64,000 nt of DNA from Ignavibacteria bacterium. Lineage in GTDB: Bacteria > Bacteroidota > Ignavibacteria > Kapaibacteriales > Kapaibacteriaceae. Of this stretch, positions 46,725-54,899 are shown one piece after another (positions within the stretch are counted from its first letter, which is position 1; each line of letters begins with the position of its first letter). The notes below the pieces were generated by a model. The model saw nothing but the letters and a program-made list of their open reading frames with translations. It had not been told where the DNA came from and did not search any database. The stretch is from assembly GCA_016873895.1 (NCBI GenBank), contig VGVV01000001.1, positions 287,286 through 351,285 of the forward strand, given 5' to 3'. The translations under genes and the position numbers were made by a program.

Positions 46725-47879
46725 ATGAAATTTCTGCTCGTCTGCATACTCACATGTACAGTCTACACAGCCGTTACGGCTGCCGACACCGTCCGGATCT
46801 GTACGTACAACATCCTGAAGTTCTCACAAGACAACGAAGACGGACGCATCCCGCAGTTCAAGATGATCATGGACTCTATCCGTCCGGATATCTTGGTTAA
46901 TCAAGAAGTGGCAGACAATACAGCAGGACCTCGCTTTGTAAGTGAAGTGCTCACGTGGGCTTCTTTCGCTGCCACACCCTACTCAGATGGACAAGACACA
47001 GACAATATGGTGGTCTATAATCAAGAGAAGTTTGACTTAGTGGGCACGCGCAGAATCCCAACGGAACTGCGGGACATCTTTGAGACAACACTTGCACTGC
47101 GCACAGACAATCCATCGTCGAGCGACACAGTGGTTATCTACTCTGTCCATCTCAAAGCCCAAGACAATTCATCAGACATGCAGCAGCGTGCACGCGAAAT
47201 GAATGCACTGGTTTCCACGATTACATCAAAGCGATTCGCCATTGTCTGCGGCGACTTTAACGTGTATGCTCCAAGCGAGCCCGCTTTGCAAGCACTATTG
47301 GGACCAACTGCAAAACGCAGCTTTGTGGACCCGCTCGGTACGTCATGGCGTCGTAATGATGCTGCGTATGCATCGTTCTATTCGCAATGCACACGAGCAA
47401 CAACCATCAGCGGTTGTGGTGGAGGCGTTGACGGAGGCGTTGACGATCGATTCGACTTCATCCTACCGTCGTCTGAACTTGCACCACGCGTTATCACGAG
47501 CACATACACACACGTAGGTAATGATGGCCTAGCAAGACTCAATAGTGGAATCGACGTGCCGACAAACAAAAAGTACAGCGCAGAGATGGTTGCAGCACTC
47601 AAGTGCGGCTCGGACCACATGCCTGTCTATGTAGACATGATCTTGGGCGACGTTCCTGCGTCGGTAGATGACGGCGAGAGTGTTGGTTGCCTCACCTCAC
47701 ACGACGGCGCTATTACCCTACCACCATCAACAGGCGCTACATACGTGTATGCGATAGACGGTACATTGGTGGGGTCTGTTGCCGAGAGCAACAATGCCTC
47801 ACGCATTGATGGACTTCTCCAAGGAGTGTATGCCGTTCGTAACGGCATACACACTACGCTTGTCTCAGTAGTACGCTAA
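46725..47879 (+). CDS. Secreted endonuclease/exonuclease/phosphatase (EEP) family protein with short T9SS-like CTD
   Basis: Start ATG 46725 with signal peptide; TYNIL, NQEV, VHLKA, GDFN, DRFDFIL, SDHMPV; tail GLLQGVYAVR. Confidence 0.9.
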   Translation: MKFLLVCILTCTVYTAVTAADTVRICTYNILKFSQDNEDGRIPQFKMIMDSIRPDILVNQEVADNTAGPRFVSEVLTWASFAATPYSDGQDTDNMVVYNQEKFDLVGTRRIPTELRDIFETTLALRTDNPSSSDTVVIYSVHLKAQDNSSDMQQRAREMNALVSTITSKRFAIVCGDFNVYAPSEPALQALLGPTAKRSFVDPLGTSWRRNDAAYASFYSQCTRATTISGCGGGVDGGVDDRFDFILPSSELAPRVITSTYTHVGNDGLARLNSGIDVPTNKKYSAEMVAALKCGSDHMPVYVDMILGDVPASVDDGESVGCLTSHDGAITLPPSTGATYVYAIDGTLVGSVAESNNASRIDGLLQGVYAVRNGIHTTLVSVVR

Positions 47880-47886
47880 ATCAACG

Positions 47887-48861
47887 TTACTGCTTCAGCA
47901 GCCACGCAAAGACGAGCGGCGCAACAATCGTTGCGTCAGACTCGATGATAAACTTCGGTGTGTCGATATCCAGCTTGCCCCATGTGATCTTCTCATTTGG
48001 CACAGCGCCAGAGTATGATCCATACGAGGTTGTGCTGTCCGAGATCTGACAGAAGTACGACCAGAATGGTACATCGTGCCACTCGAGATCCTGGTACATC
48101 ATCGGCACTACACAGATCGGGAAATCGCCGGCAATCCCGCCGCCGATCTGGAAGAATCCAACGCCTTTGCCTGAAGAGTTCTGACGATACCAGTCGGAGA
48201 GCCAGATCATGTAGTCAATGCCACTCTTCATCGTGGTTGATGTGAGCTCGCCCTTGATGCAATAGGAAGCGAAGATGTTACCCATCGTCGAGTCTTCCCA
48301 GCCTGGCACGATGATCGGCAGGTTCTTCTTAGCTGCAGCCAGCATCCATGAGTTCTTTGGATCGATCTCGTAGTACTGCTCCATTTCGCCGCTTAGGAGC
48401 ATCTTGTACATGTATTCGTGTGGGAAGTAGCGCTCACCAGCGTCTTCGGCATTCTTCCACTGCTTATGAATGTGCTTCTGTATTCTGCGGAAAGCCTCTT
48501 CCTCAGGAATACACGTATCGGTTACGCGGTTAAAGCCCCCTTCAAGAAGCTCCCATTCATCCTTTGGGGCAAGGTCTCGGTAGTTCGGCACGCGCTTGTA
48601 ATGCGAGTGCGCTACGAGGTTCATGATGTCCTCTTCGAGGTTCGCACCCGTGCAGGAGATAATCTGCACCTTGTCTTGGCGGATCATCTCGGCCAGCGAA
48701 ATTCCCAGCTCGGCCGTGCTCATTGCGCCTGCAAGCGTAATCATCATTTTGCCGTTGGCAGCCAGATGTGCCTCGTAGCCTTTAGCAGCATCCATCAGAG
48801 CTGCTGCATTGAAGTGTAGATAGTTCTTTTCGATGAAATGCGAGACTGGTCCGCGCACCAT
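47887..48861 (-). CDS. Deoxyhypusine synthase-like protein (probable homospermidine synthase)
   Basis: LAGAMSTAELG, TGANLEED, NRVTD, PGWEDST, IGGG, GSYSGAVPNEKITWGK (catalytic Lys), SDATIVAP. Start ATG 48861. Confidence 0.92.
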   Translation of the reverse strand: MVRGPVSHFIEKNYLHFNAAALMDAAKGYEAHLAANGKMMITLAGAMSTAELGISLAEMIRQDKVQIISCTGANLEEDIMNLVAHSHYKRVPNYRDLAPKDEWELLEGGFNRVTDTCIPEEEAFRRIQKHIHKQWKNAEDAGERYFPHEYMYKMLLSGEMEQYYEIDPKNSWMLAAAKKNLPIIVPGWEDSTMGNIFASYCIKGELTSTTMKSGIDYMIWLSDWYRQNSSGKGVGFFQIGGGIAGDFPICVVPMMYQDLEWHDVPFWSYFCQISDSTTSYGSYSGAVPNEKITWGKLDIDTPKFIIESDATIVAPLVFAWLLKQ

Positions 48862-48887
48862 GGGGATCTCCGTAGAATTGGAGGGTA

Positions 48888-48904
48888 AAAATACCCCTAT
48901 TTTG
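48888..48904. promoter_or_regulatory. Back-to-back divergent promoter elements (AAAATA-cccc-TATTTT)
   Basis: The + strand reads TATTTTG-cagc-ATG(48909); the - strand reads TATTTTTA about 25 nt before ATG(48861). Confidence 0.5.
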
Positions 48905-48908
48905 CAGC

Positions 48909-49973
48909 ATGTCACAAAATTCCTCATGGCAGCGGGTTGCCGCCGTCTCAACAACGCTCGTTGCCGTCGTTGCTGTTGGCATCGTATTGATGCACCTGCG
49001 TGGAATTATTATTCCATTCGTGCTTGCTGGCTTTTTGTCTATTCTCTTTAAGCCAGTTGTTGAAACGTTGCGCAACAAGGGCGTGCCACGCGTGATTGGC
49101 TTAATCACCGTACTAGCCATCAATGCACTGGGCATCTGGCTGTTTTATCTCATTGCAGCGGCAGGCGCCGAGTCTCTTTCGGAACGCTCCGACTACTACG
49201 CTGAAAAGCTCAATCTGATCGTACGCGATCTTGGGAATTTTATCAATCCGCTGATTGGTCAACATCCATCGACCTTTAAGTGGGAAGACGTCATATCGGT
49301 AAAGCAGATCACTTCAATCGCAACGCAACAGGTAGCTGGAATTCTTACCATTCTCAGCGACAGCTTTATGGTTTTGCTATACCTGCTGTTTATGCTCTTG
49401 GGTGGCAACTCCCTTCCTTCCAAGATTCGCAATGCATTTGCAGGCAAGGACGAAGAAACACTTGTAATGATTCTCTCAGAATTGCATACGAAGATCCGCA
49501 AGTACCTTCAGGTAAAAACGGCATTCAACATTCTCAACGGCGTAGCAGCGTGGATTGTACTTCTGTGCTTTGGAGTAGATTTTGCAGCCCTGCTTGGTTT
49601 GATCTCCTTTGCTCTGCACTACATCCCTAACATTGGATCGCTTCTTTCTACGATTCTACCTGTGCTGCTCTACACTGTGCAAACGGGCGATCCGACAAGC
49701 GTTGTTCTTCTTCTCATAGTACTTACTGTTGTTCAGAACATCATTGGAAATGTTCTCGAGCCAAAGGTCATGGGCATACGCCTGAAGTTAAGCCCCGTAG
49801 TAGTGCTTTTTTCGCTGATCTTTTGGGGTTGGATGTGGGGTGTCGTTGGCATGATTCTTTCTATTCCAATCGCAGCCGTGCTAAAGGTTATTCTTGAGGC
49901 ATTCCCCAACACACGTCCACTAGGAATCCTTATGGGCAATGGCGATGAATCAACTTCTGCCCCAACATCATAA
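48909..49973 (+). CDS. AI-2E family transporter
   Basis: IIPFVLA..ILFKPVV, YIPNIGS, GNVLEPKVMG..LSPVVV..FWGWMWG..GMILSIP. Confidence 0.93.
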   Translation: MSQNSSWQRVAAVSTTLVAVVAVGIVLMHLRGIIIPFVLAGFLSILFKPVVETLRNKGVPRVIGLITVLAINALGIWLFYLIAAAGAESLSERSDYYAEKLNLIVRDLGNFINPLIGQHPSTFKWEDVISVKQITSIATQQVAGILTILSDSFMVLLYLLFMLLGGNSLPSKIRNAFAGKDEETLVMILSELHTKIRKYLQVKTAFNILNGVAAWIVLLCFGVDFAALLGLISFALHYIPNIGSLLSTILPVLLYTVQTGDPTSVVLLLIVLTVVQNIIGNVLEPKVMGIRLKLSPVVVLFSLIFWGWMWGVVGMILSIPIAAVLKVILEAFPNTRPLGILMGNGDESTSAPTS

Positions 49974-49985
49974 CGTTACTACCGG

Positions 49986-50693
49986 ATGAACGTAGACATA
50001 CTCGATGCCGGTTATTCGGTAGGATCACATGAGATTCTTAAGAATGTCCAGCTCTCTCTTCAGGGGGCTGGCATCACAGTTGTACGTGGGAAAAGCTCAT
50101 CAGGGAAGACCTGCCTTGCGCGCCTCATCTGCGGACACATTCCGCCGACTGTAGGCGTGCGAACATTTAATGGAAAGAGTCTCGAGCGCGCAAGCAGGTC
50201 AGAGGCCTCTGCAATTCGTGCCTCTATTGGCTACGTTGAACAGGTGTTCTCATTTGTAGAGCACTATTCAGCCTTTGATAATGTGCTTTTGGCTGGCGGT
50301 GCACGCAGACTATCGAAGTCTGACGCTACAATGCAGACGCTGGAATTGTTTGCAGACCTTGGACTTAGCCACGTGCGAACGCAGCTTGTATCAACTATGT
50401 CACACTGGGAGCGCACACTCGTTGCGATTGCTCGTGCATGCATTGGCGGCACTAAAGTTGTCGTGGTAGATCAGGCGTTCGATGCATGCGACGATCCATC
50501 GCTGCGTACTGCGACCGAGGCTCTTCAAAGGCTCTGTGGTAACGAGAGAGCGCTCGTTGTAACTACGGCAGATTTGCAACTCGAGACGCTGTTCTCGAGC
50601 CCAAGGGTGTATGAACTACGTGATGGTAGTCTTGGAGATGTTTCTAAACTTCCCTCCGTTGAGTCGCAGATACAAAACGGAGAAATGTTATGA
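49986..50693 (+). CDS. Degenerate ABC ATPase (FtsE/LolD-like)
   Basis: Walker A GKSSSGKT and Q-loop YVEQ are present; signature MSHWE, Walker B VVVVDQ and H-switch VTTAD are degenerate. Confidence 0.75.
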   Translation: MNVDILDAGYSVGSHEILKNVQLSLQGAGITVVRGKSSSGKTCLARLICGHIPPTVGVRTFNGKSLERASRSEASAIRASIGYVEQVFSFVEHYSAFDNVLLAGGARRLSKSDATMQTLELFADLGLSHVRTQLVSTMSHWERTLVAIARACIGGTKVVVVDQAFDACDDPSLRTATEALQRLCGNERALVVTTADLQLETLFSSPRVYELRDGSLGDVSKLPSVESQIQNGEML

Positions 50694-51442
50694 CACGTGT
50701 AGCCATACTCGGATATGGGGCAATGGGCAAAGAGGTAGAGCGCCTAGCACCAAGCCTCGGTTGCGAGATCGTCTACATCTATGATGTAGAACAGCCAATC
50801 AATGAATTATCACCCACCGATTTTGATGTTGCCATCGATTTCACAGTCCCAGATGCTGTGATGCAGAACATCGAAACGTTGTGCGCTCTCAAGCGTCCAA
50901 TCGTGATCGGAACAACAGGCTGGTACCAGCACATGCATGATGTGCGTGCGAAGATCCATGATGCGGATACTGGTTGCGTATGGGGCTCGAACTTCAGTCT
51001 CGGAACACATCTGTTCTTTCGCCTGGTTCGCAATGCTGCAACGCTCGTAAATGGCAACTCTGACTTCGACATCATGGTGCATGAATACCATCATTCCCGC
51101 AAGGTTGATAGTCCAAGCGGCACGGCACACACAATCGTGTACGACATTATGCAGCGCGTTGATAGAAAGACGGCCATCGTAACAGAGACTCAGCATCAAC
51201 GCATCGACCCTCACGCCCTCCACGTTACATCTACGCGTGGTGGTTCCATCGTAGGTAAGCACATTGTTACACTTGACAGTCCGTTCGAGAACATCGAGAT
51301 CATCCACAATGCAAAGAACAGAAGCGGCTTTGCTCAAGGGGCTCTCCTTGCTGCCGCCTGGATCGCAGCACGGAAGGGTTGCTACGATGTAACGGAGATC
51401 ATCGACGATCTCGAGGCGCTTTATCGTTCGAGGCAAGCATGA
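50690..51442 (+). CDS. dapB: 4-hydroxy-tetrahydrodipicolinate reductase
   Basis: GYGAMG, IDFT, IGTTGW, SNFSLG, EYHHSRKVDSPSGTA, RSGFAQGA. Confidence 0.97.
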   Translation: MTRVAILGYGAMGKEVERLAPSLGCEIVYIYDVEQPINELSPTDFDVAIDFTVPDAVMQNIETLCALKRPIVIGTTGWYQHMHDVRAKIHDADTGCVWGSNFSLGTHLFFRLVRNAATLVNGNSDFDIMVHEYHHSRKVDSPSGTAHTIVYDIMQRVDRKTAIVTETQHQRIDPHALHVTSTRGGSIVGKHIVTLDSPFENIEIIHNAKNRSGFAQGALLAAAWIAARKGCYDVTEIIDDLEALYRSRQA

Positions 51443-51825
51443 TCGCCACACTCGTAGCAATTGCCATGTTACTCGCTCTGCCACACCAAGAGCAGAAACC
51501 ACAAGCCCCCTTCCTTCGGTTTGAACCCGAGACACTTCGCGTTGATCGTGATGCCTCGGGCTATGTACAGGCAATGGTGCCTGTGTTTACAAGCGGCACT
51601 GATACCGTACGACTAACCGGAATAACGGGCTCCTGTGGATGTGCTTCGGCATCCATTCAGCGCGCAATTGCAACGAAGGATACTCCGGCCAAGTTCTATT
51701 GCGCCATCAATGCCAAGCATTTTAAAGACACACTCAACACGGTTGAATACACGATAACGCATAGCGGCGCGAACTCGCCAGCTCGGTATTATGTTGTCGT
51801 GCGTTGTGTCCAACCATCAAAGTAA
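51439..51825 (+). CDS. Secreted DUF1573-like Ig-fold protein
   Basis: ATGA overlap with dapB; signal peptide; SGTDTVRLTGITGSCGC motif. Confidence 0.7.
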   Translation: MIATLVAIAMLLALPHQEQKPQAPFLRFEPETLRVDRDASGYVQAMVPVFTSGTDTVRLTGITGSCGCASASIQRAIATKDTPAKFYCAINAKHFKDTLNTVEYTITHSGANSPARYYVVVRCVQPSK

Positions 51826-51830
51826 TCTGC

Positions 51831-52235
51831 ATGAACTACTGGCTTGCTAAATCAGAACCCGAGGTGTACTCCTGGGAACAATTCGTTGCTGATAAGAAGA
51901 CGTTTTGGGATGGTGTGCGCAACTACCAAGCACGCAATAACATGAAAGCCATGGAGAAGGGCGATCATGTGATCTTTTATCACTCCAGCGATGTGCGCTC
52001 GGCAGTTGGCATCGCGCACGTTGTGAAGACTGCCTATCAAGACCCCACAACAGAAGACCCAGCATGGGTGGTGGTGGACTTGAAGCCCGTTCGAGCGTTG
52101 AAGCGTCCAGTTACGCTCACAGAGATCAAGGCTGCAAAGGGCATGAATAACGTTGCCCTCGTAAAGCAAGGACGCCTGAGTGTGCTGCCCCTTACCGAAG
52201 ACGAATACAAGATCATCGTGGGGTTAGGGGGCTAA
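51831..52235 (+). CDS. EVE domain protein
   Basis: MNYWLAKSEP, WDGVRNYQARN, FYHS, GRLSVLP. Confidence 0.96.
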   Translation: MNYWLAKSEPEVYSWEQFVADKKTFWDGVRNYQARNNMKAMEKGDHVIFYHSSDVRSAVGIAHVVKTAYQDPTTEDPAWVVVDLKPVRALKRPVTLTEIKAAKGMNNVALVKQGRLSVLPLTEDEYKIIVGLGG

Positions 52236-52242
52236 CACCACC

Positions 52243-52688
52243 CTAGTCTTTAATCTCTTCGTTGATGCGGTCGTCGATGGTGAATGACTGCACGGCCCAT
52301 CCTTTTGAAGCCCGGTAAAACACAACCACGCAGCGCAGCGCACCCCGCTGCGGCTTGAGTGCGTGTGCATGACGTATGAACGACTTACCCCTGCTATAGG
52401 TCGAAAGCAGATCAACCTCTGACAGCGGACCGTTCTGTATCACGTGCTTTGCAAGCACATCCGGCAGCGTGCCGAGAGAACGCGCAACTGAGGCTGAGTC
52501 CATGATTGCAAACATCTGCAGCTCACGAGCCCCATTGACAAAGTCACCTCTGATGATGCTCTGCGCAAAGCGCTTTGAGAGCATTTCAGTGTCTGCATTT
52601 GACGAGAGAAGCTGTTGGATGCCGCGCGGTGAGATGCTACACTCAACATGAAAATCGATACAAGTGCAATGATGATCTGACGGTTCAT
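52243..52688 (-). pseudogene. Secreted hypothetical protein split by a 1-nt frameshift (pseudogene or sequencing error)
   Basis: The signal peptide MNRQIIIALVSIFMLSVASHRAAS is in one frame (52688 down). The mature domain QQLLSSNADTEMLSKRF..FYRASKGWAVQSFTIDD is in another. One extra base near 52615-52620 joins them. Confidence 0.7.
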
Positions 52689-52696
52689 GAAATGTC

Positions 52697-54820
52697 TTAC
52701 TCCTCAACAACGTGAAACGTATCGAAATCCGGTGTGACGCCCATTTCATAGAGCATAAAGCAAAACTTGTCTGCCGTGCCCTTGATGTTGGTTTGCCTGT
52801 TCACTGCTCCATGACCTGAATTCGTTTCAACACGCAGCAGCATCGGACGTGTTCCAGAATAGACATGCTGCAGCTGCGCCGCGTACTTGAAGCTGTGCGC
52901 GGGTACAACTCTGTCGTCATGATCGGCCGTCATGACCATGATCGAGGGATACTTTACACCAGACTTGAGCTGATGATACGGAGAGTAGGCATGCAGCGCG
53001 CGAAATTCGTCGGACTTGGTGATTTCGCCGTAGTCTGACTGCCAGTTCCAGCCGATCGTGAACTTGTGGAAGCGTAGCATGTCCATAACGCCAACTTCGG
53101 GGATGGCAACACGAAACAGATCCGGACGCTGATTTACAACAGCGCCCACGAGTAACCCACCATTGGAGCGCCCGTTCAATGCAAGCTTTGTCGGGTTTGT
53201 ATACTTGTTTTCAATCAGCCATTCGGCGCATGCAATGGCATCATCGAACACATTCTGCTTTTGTGTCTTGGTTCCTGCCTTATGCCATGCATCACCGTAC
53301 TCGCCGCCCCCTCGCAGATTAGCGATGGCAATAACGCAGCCCTGATTGAGCAGTGCGATATAGCTCGGACGGAACCCCGGTGTTTGCGAGATATTGAAGC
53401 CTCCATATCCATAGAGCAATGTCGGGTTATTGCCATCCCGGCTGATGTGCTTGCTCCAGAGAACTGTCATCGGCACGAGCGTTCCATCCTTACTCTTGAC
53501 CTTTACCTGCTCTGCCATGTATTGCGATGCATCAAAACCGTAATCAGCTGTTTGCCAGACCTTGCTGTTGTTGCTCTTGACGTCGTACTCAAAGATCGTG
53601 GCAGGCATGATGTAGGAGCTGAATGTATACGTCAGCATGCTGTCGGTATCGCGTCCGTCAAAGCCCGACACAGCACCATTCCTTGGAAGTGCAACAGTGC
53701 CAGTAATCTTGCCGTCCATGTCGGCGATCTCAACAGTATGCTGCACGTCTTTCATCCACGTGAGAAAGATTCTGCCAGCCCCATACGATACGTCGTCGAG
53801 CACGTAGTCGCGCTCTAGAACAATCGTCTCAAACTCGGCACGTCCGAGGGGATCTTTCAGGCGTATGAGCTTTCCCGTTGGAGCATCCTTAGTGCTAGTG
53901 CCATAGAGCATGCCGTTGTGGTAGTGGCTTGGATACCACGAGTCTGTTTCAGAATCCCAGATTTTCTTCCAAAGGGCTCGTGCTGAGTCTACATGACGAA
54001 TGTACACTGTGTTACCATTCGATGCAGCAAGACGTACCGTGCGAAACAGATACGGACTATCCTCAGGAACAAAGCAGCCGATGAAGGCTTGCTGCAGAGA
54101 CGCATCTGCAAAGACAAGGACATCCTCGGACTGACGTGTACCAACGCGGTGATACATCACTTGCTGGTAGGAGTTCTTGGCTGTGAGTGACTTTGTATCG
54201 CCCTGCTTTGCTGCATAGCGAGAATAGAAAAACCCATTCTTGTACCAACTCACACCGCTGTTCTTAACCCATGTTATCGTGTCGATAAGCATGCGCTTAG
54301 TGGCAAGGTCCATCACGTAGATATCGCGCCAGTCTGATCCTGCTTGTGACTTGCCATAGGCAAGGTACTTCCCATCTTGGCTTACGCTTGCAAAGGCAAG
54401 TGAGATGGTGCCATCTGCAGCAAAGGTGTTTGGGTCTAAGAGGACCTCGGGGTCGTTAACGCCATCTGGCTGACGAAACAGCACGCTGTGGTTTTGGCGT
54501 CCGGTGTTCTTGTAAAAGTACATCACGCCTGCCCTGCGCCACGGCGCAGAGTATGTTACGGCGCTATTGAGCTTATCGAGCGCTTCGTACATCTTCGCAC
54601 GAAAGGGAATCTTGGCGAGAAACTTCTCAGCAACATCGGCTTGCGATGCAACCCATCGCTCTACCTCTGGATCGCGATCGTCTTCTAGCCATCGGTATGG
54701 ATCTGGCACAACCGTGCCATGGAACGTATCACGCACATCAACGCGCCGAGTTTCTGGGTAGGAAACCTGCGCAAGACTCAGCGTGCTTCCCAGTATGAAT
54801 ACGAGTGCAAGTGTTTTCAT
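52697..54820 (-). CDS. Prolyl oligopeptidase (S9A), secreted
   Basis: DPYRWLED, YGYGGF, GGGEYG, GRSNGG (Ser), DHDDRV (Asp), SGHG (His); signal peptide ending SLA|Q. Confidence 0.97.
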   Translation of the reverse strand: MKTLALVFILGSTLSLAQVSYPETRRVDVRDTFHGTVVPDPYRWLEDDRDPEVERWVASQADVAEKFLAKIPFRAKMYEALDKLNSAVTYSAPWRRAGVMYFYKNTGRQNHSVLFRQPDGVNDPEVLLDPNTFAADGTISLAFASVSQDGKYLAYGKSQAGSDWRDIYVMDLATKRMLIDTITWVKNSGVSWYKNGFFYSRYAAKQGDTKSLTAKNSYQQVMYHRVGTRQSEDVLVFADASLQQAFIGCFVPEDSPYLFRTVRLAASNGNTVYIRHVDSARALWKKIWDSETDSWYPSHYHNGMLYGTSTKDAPTGKLIRLKDPLGRAEFETIVLERDYVLDDVSYGAGRIFLTWMKDVQHTVEIADMDGKITGTVALPRNGAVSGFDGRDTDSMLTYTFSSYIMPATIFEYDVKSNNSKVWQTADYGFDASQYMAEQVKVKSKDGTLVPMTVLWSKHISRDGNNPTLLYGYGGFNISQTPGFRPSYIALLNQGCVIAIANLRGGGEYGDAWHKAGTKTQKQNVFDDAIACAEWLIENKYTNPTKLALNGRSNGGLLVGAVVNQRPDLFRVAIPEVGVMDMLRFHKFTIGWNWQSDYGEITKSDEFRALHAYSPYHQLKSGVKYPSIMVMTADHDDRVVPAHSFKYAAQLQHVYSGTRPMLLRVETNSGHGAVNRQTNIKGTADKFCFMLYEMGVTPDFDTFHVVEE

Positions 54821-54840
54821 CGCAGCAAATTACAACAACG

Positions 54841-54875
54841 AAAAAGCCCCTTGCAGATTTCTCTGAAAGGGGCTT
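54841..54875 (-). terminator. Intrinsic terminator downstream of pnp
   Basis: AAGCCCCTT 54844-54852 / AAGGGGCTT 54867-54875 stem; minus strand continues CTTTTTCGTTG. Confidence 0.85.
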
Positions 54876-54899
54876 GTAGATGCTACACATTTGTGATGC

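Noticed and set aside
37778-48861. Idea that the DHS-like enzyme modifies EF-P to translate the Pro10 tract
   Set aside because: No efp gene nearby, the genes are 10 kb apart, and polyamine synthesis is the better-supported role
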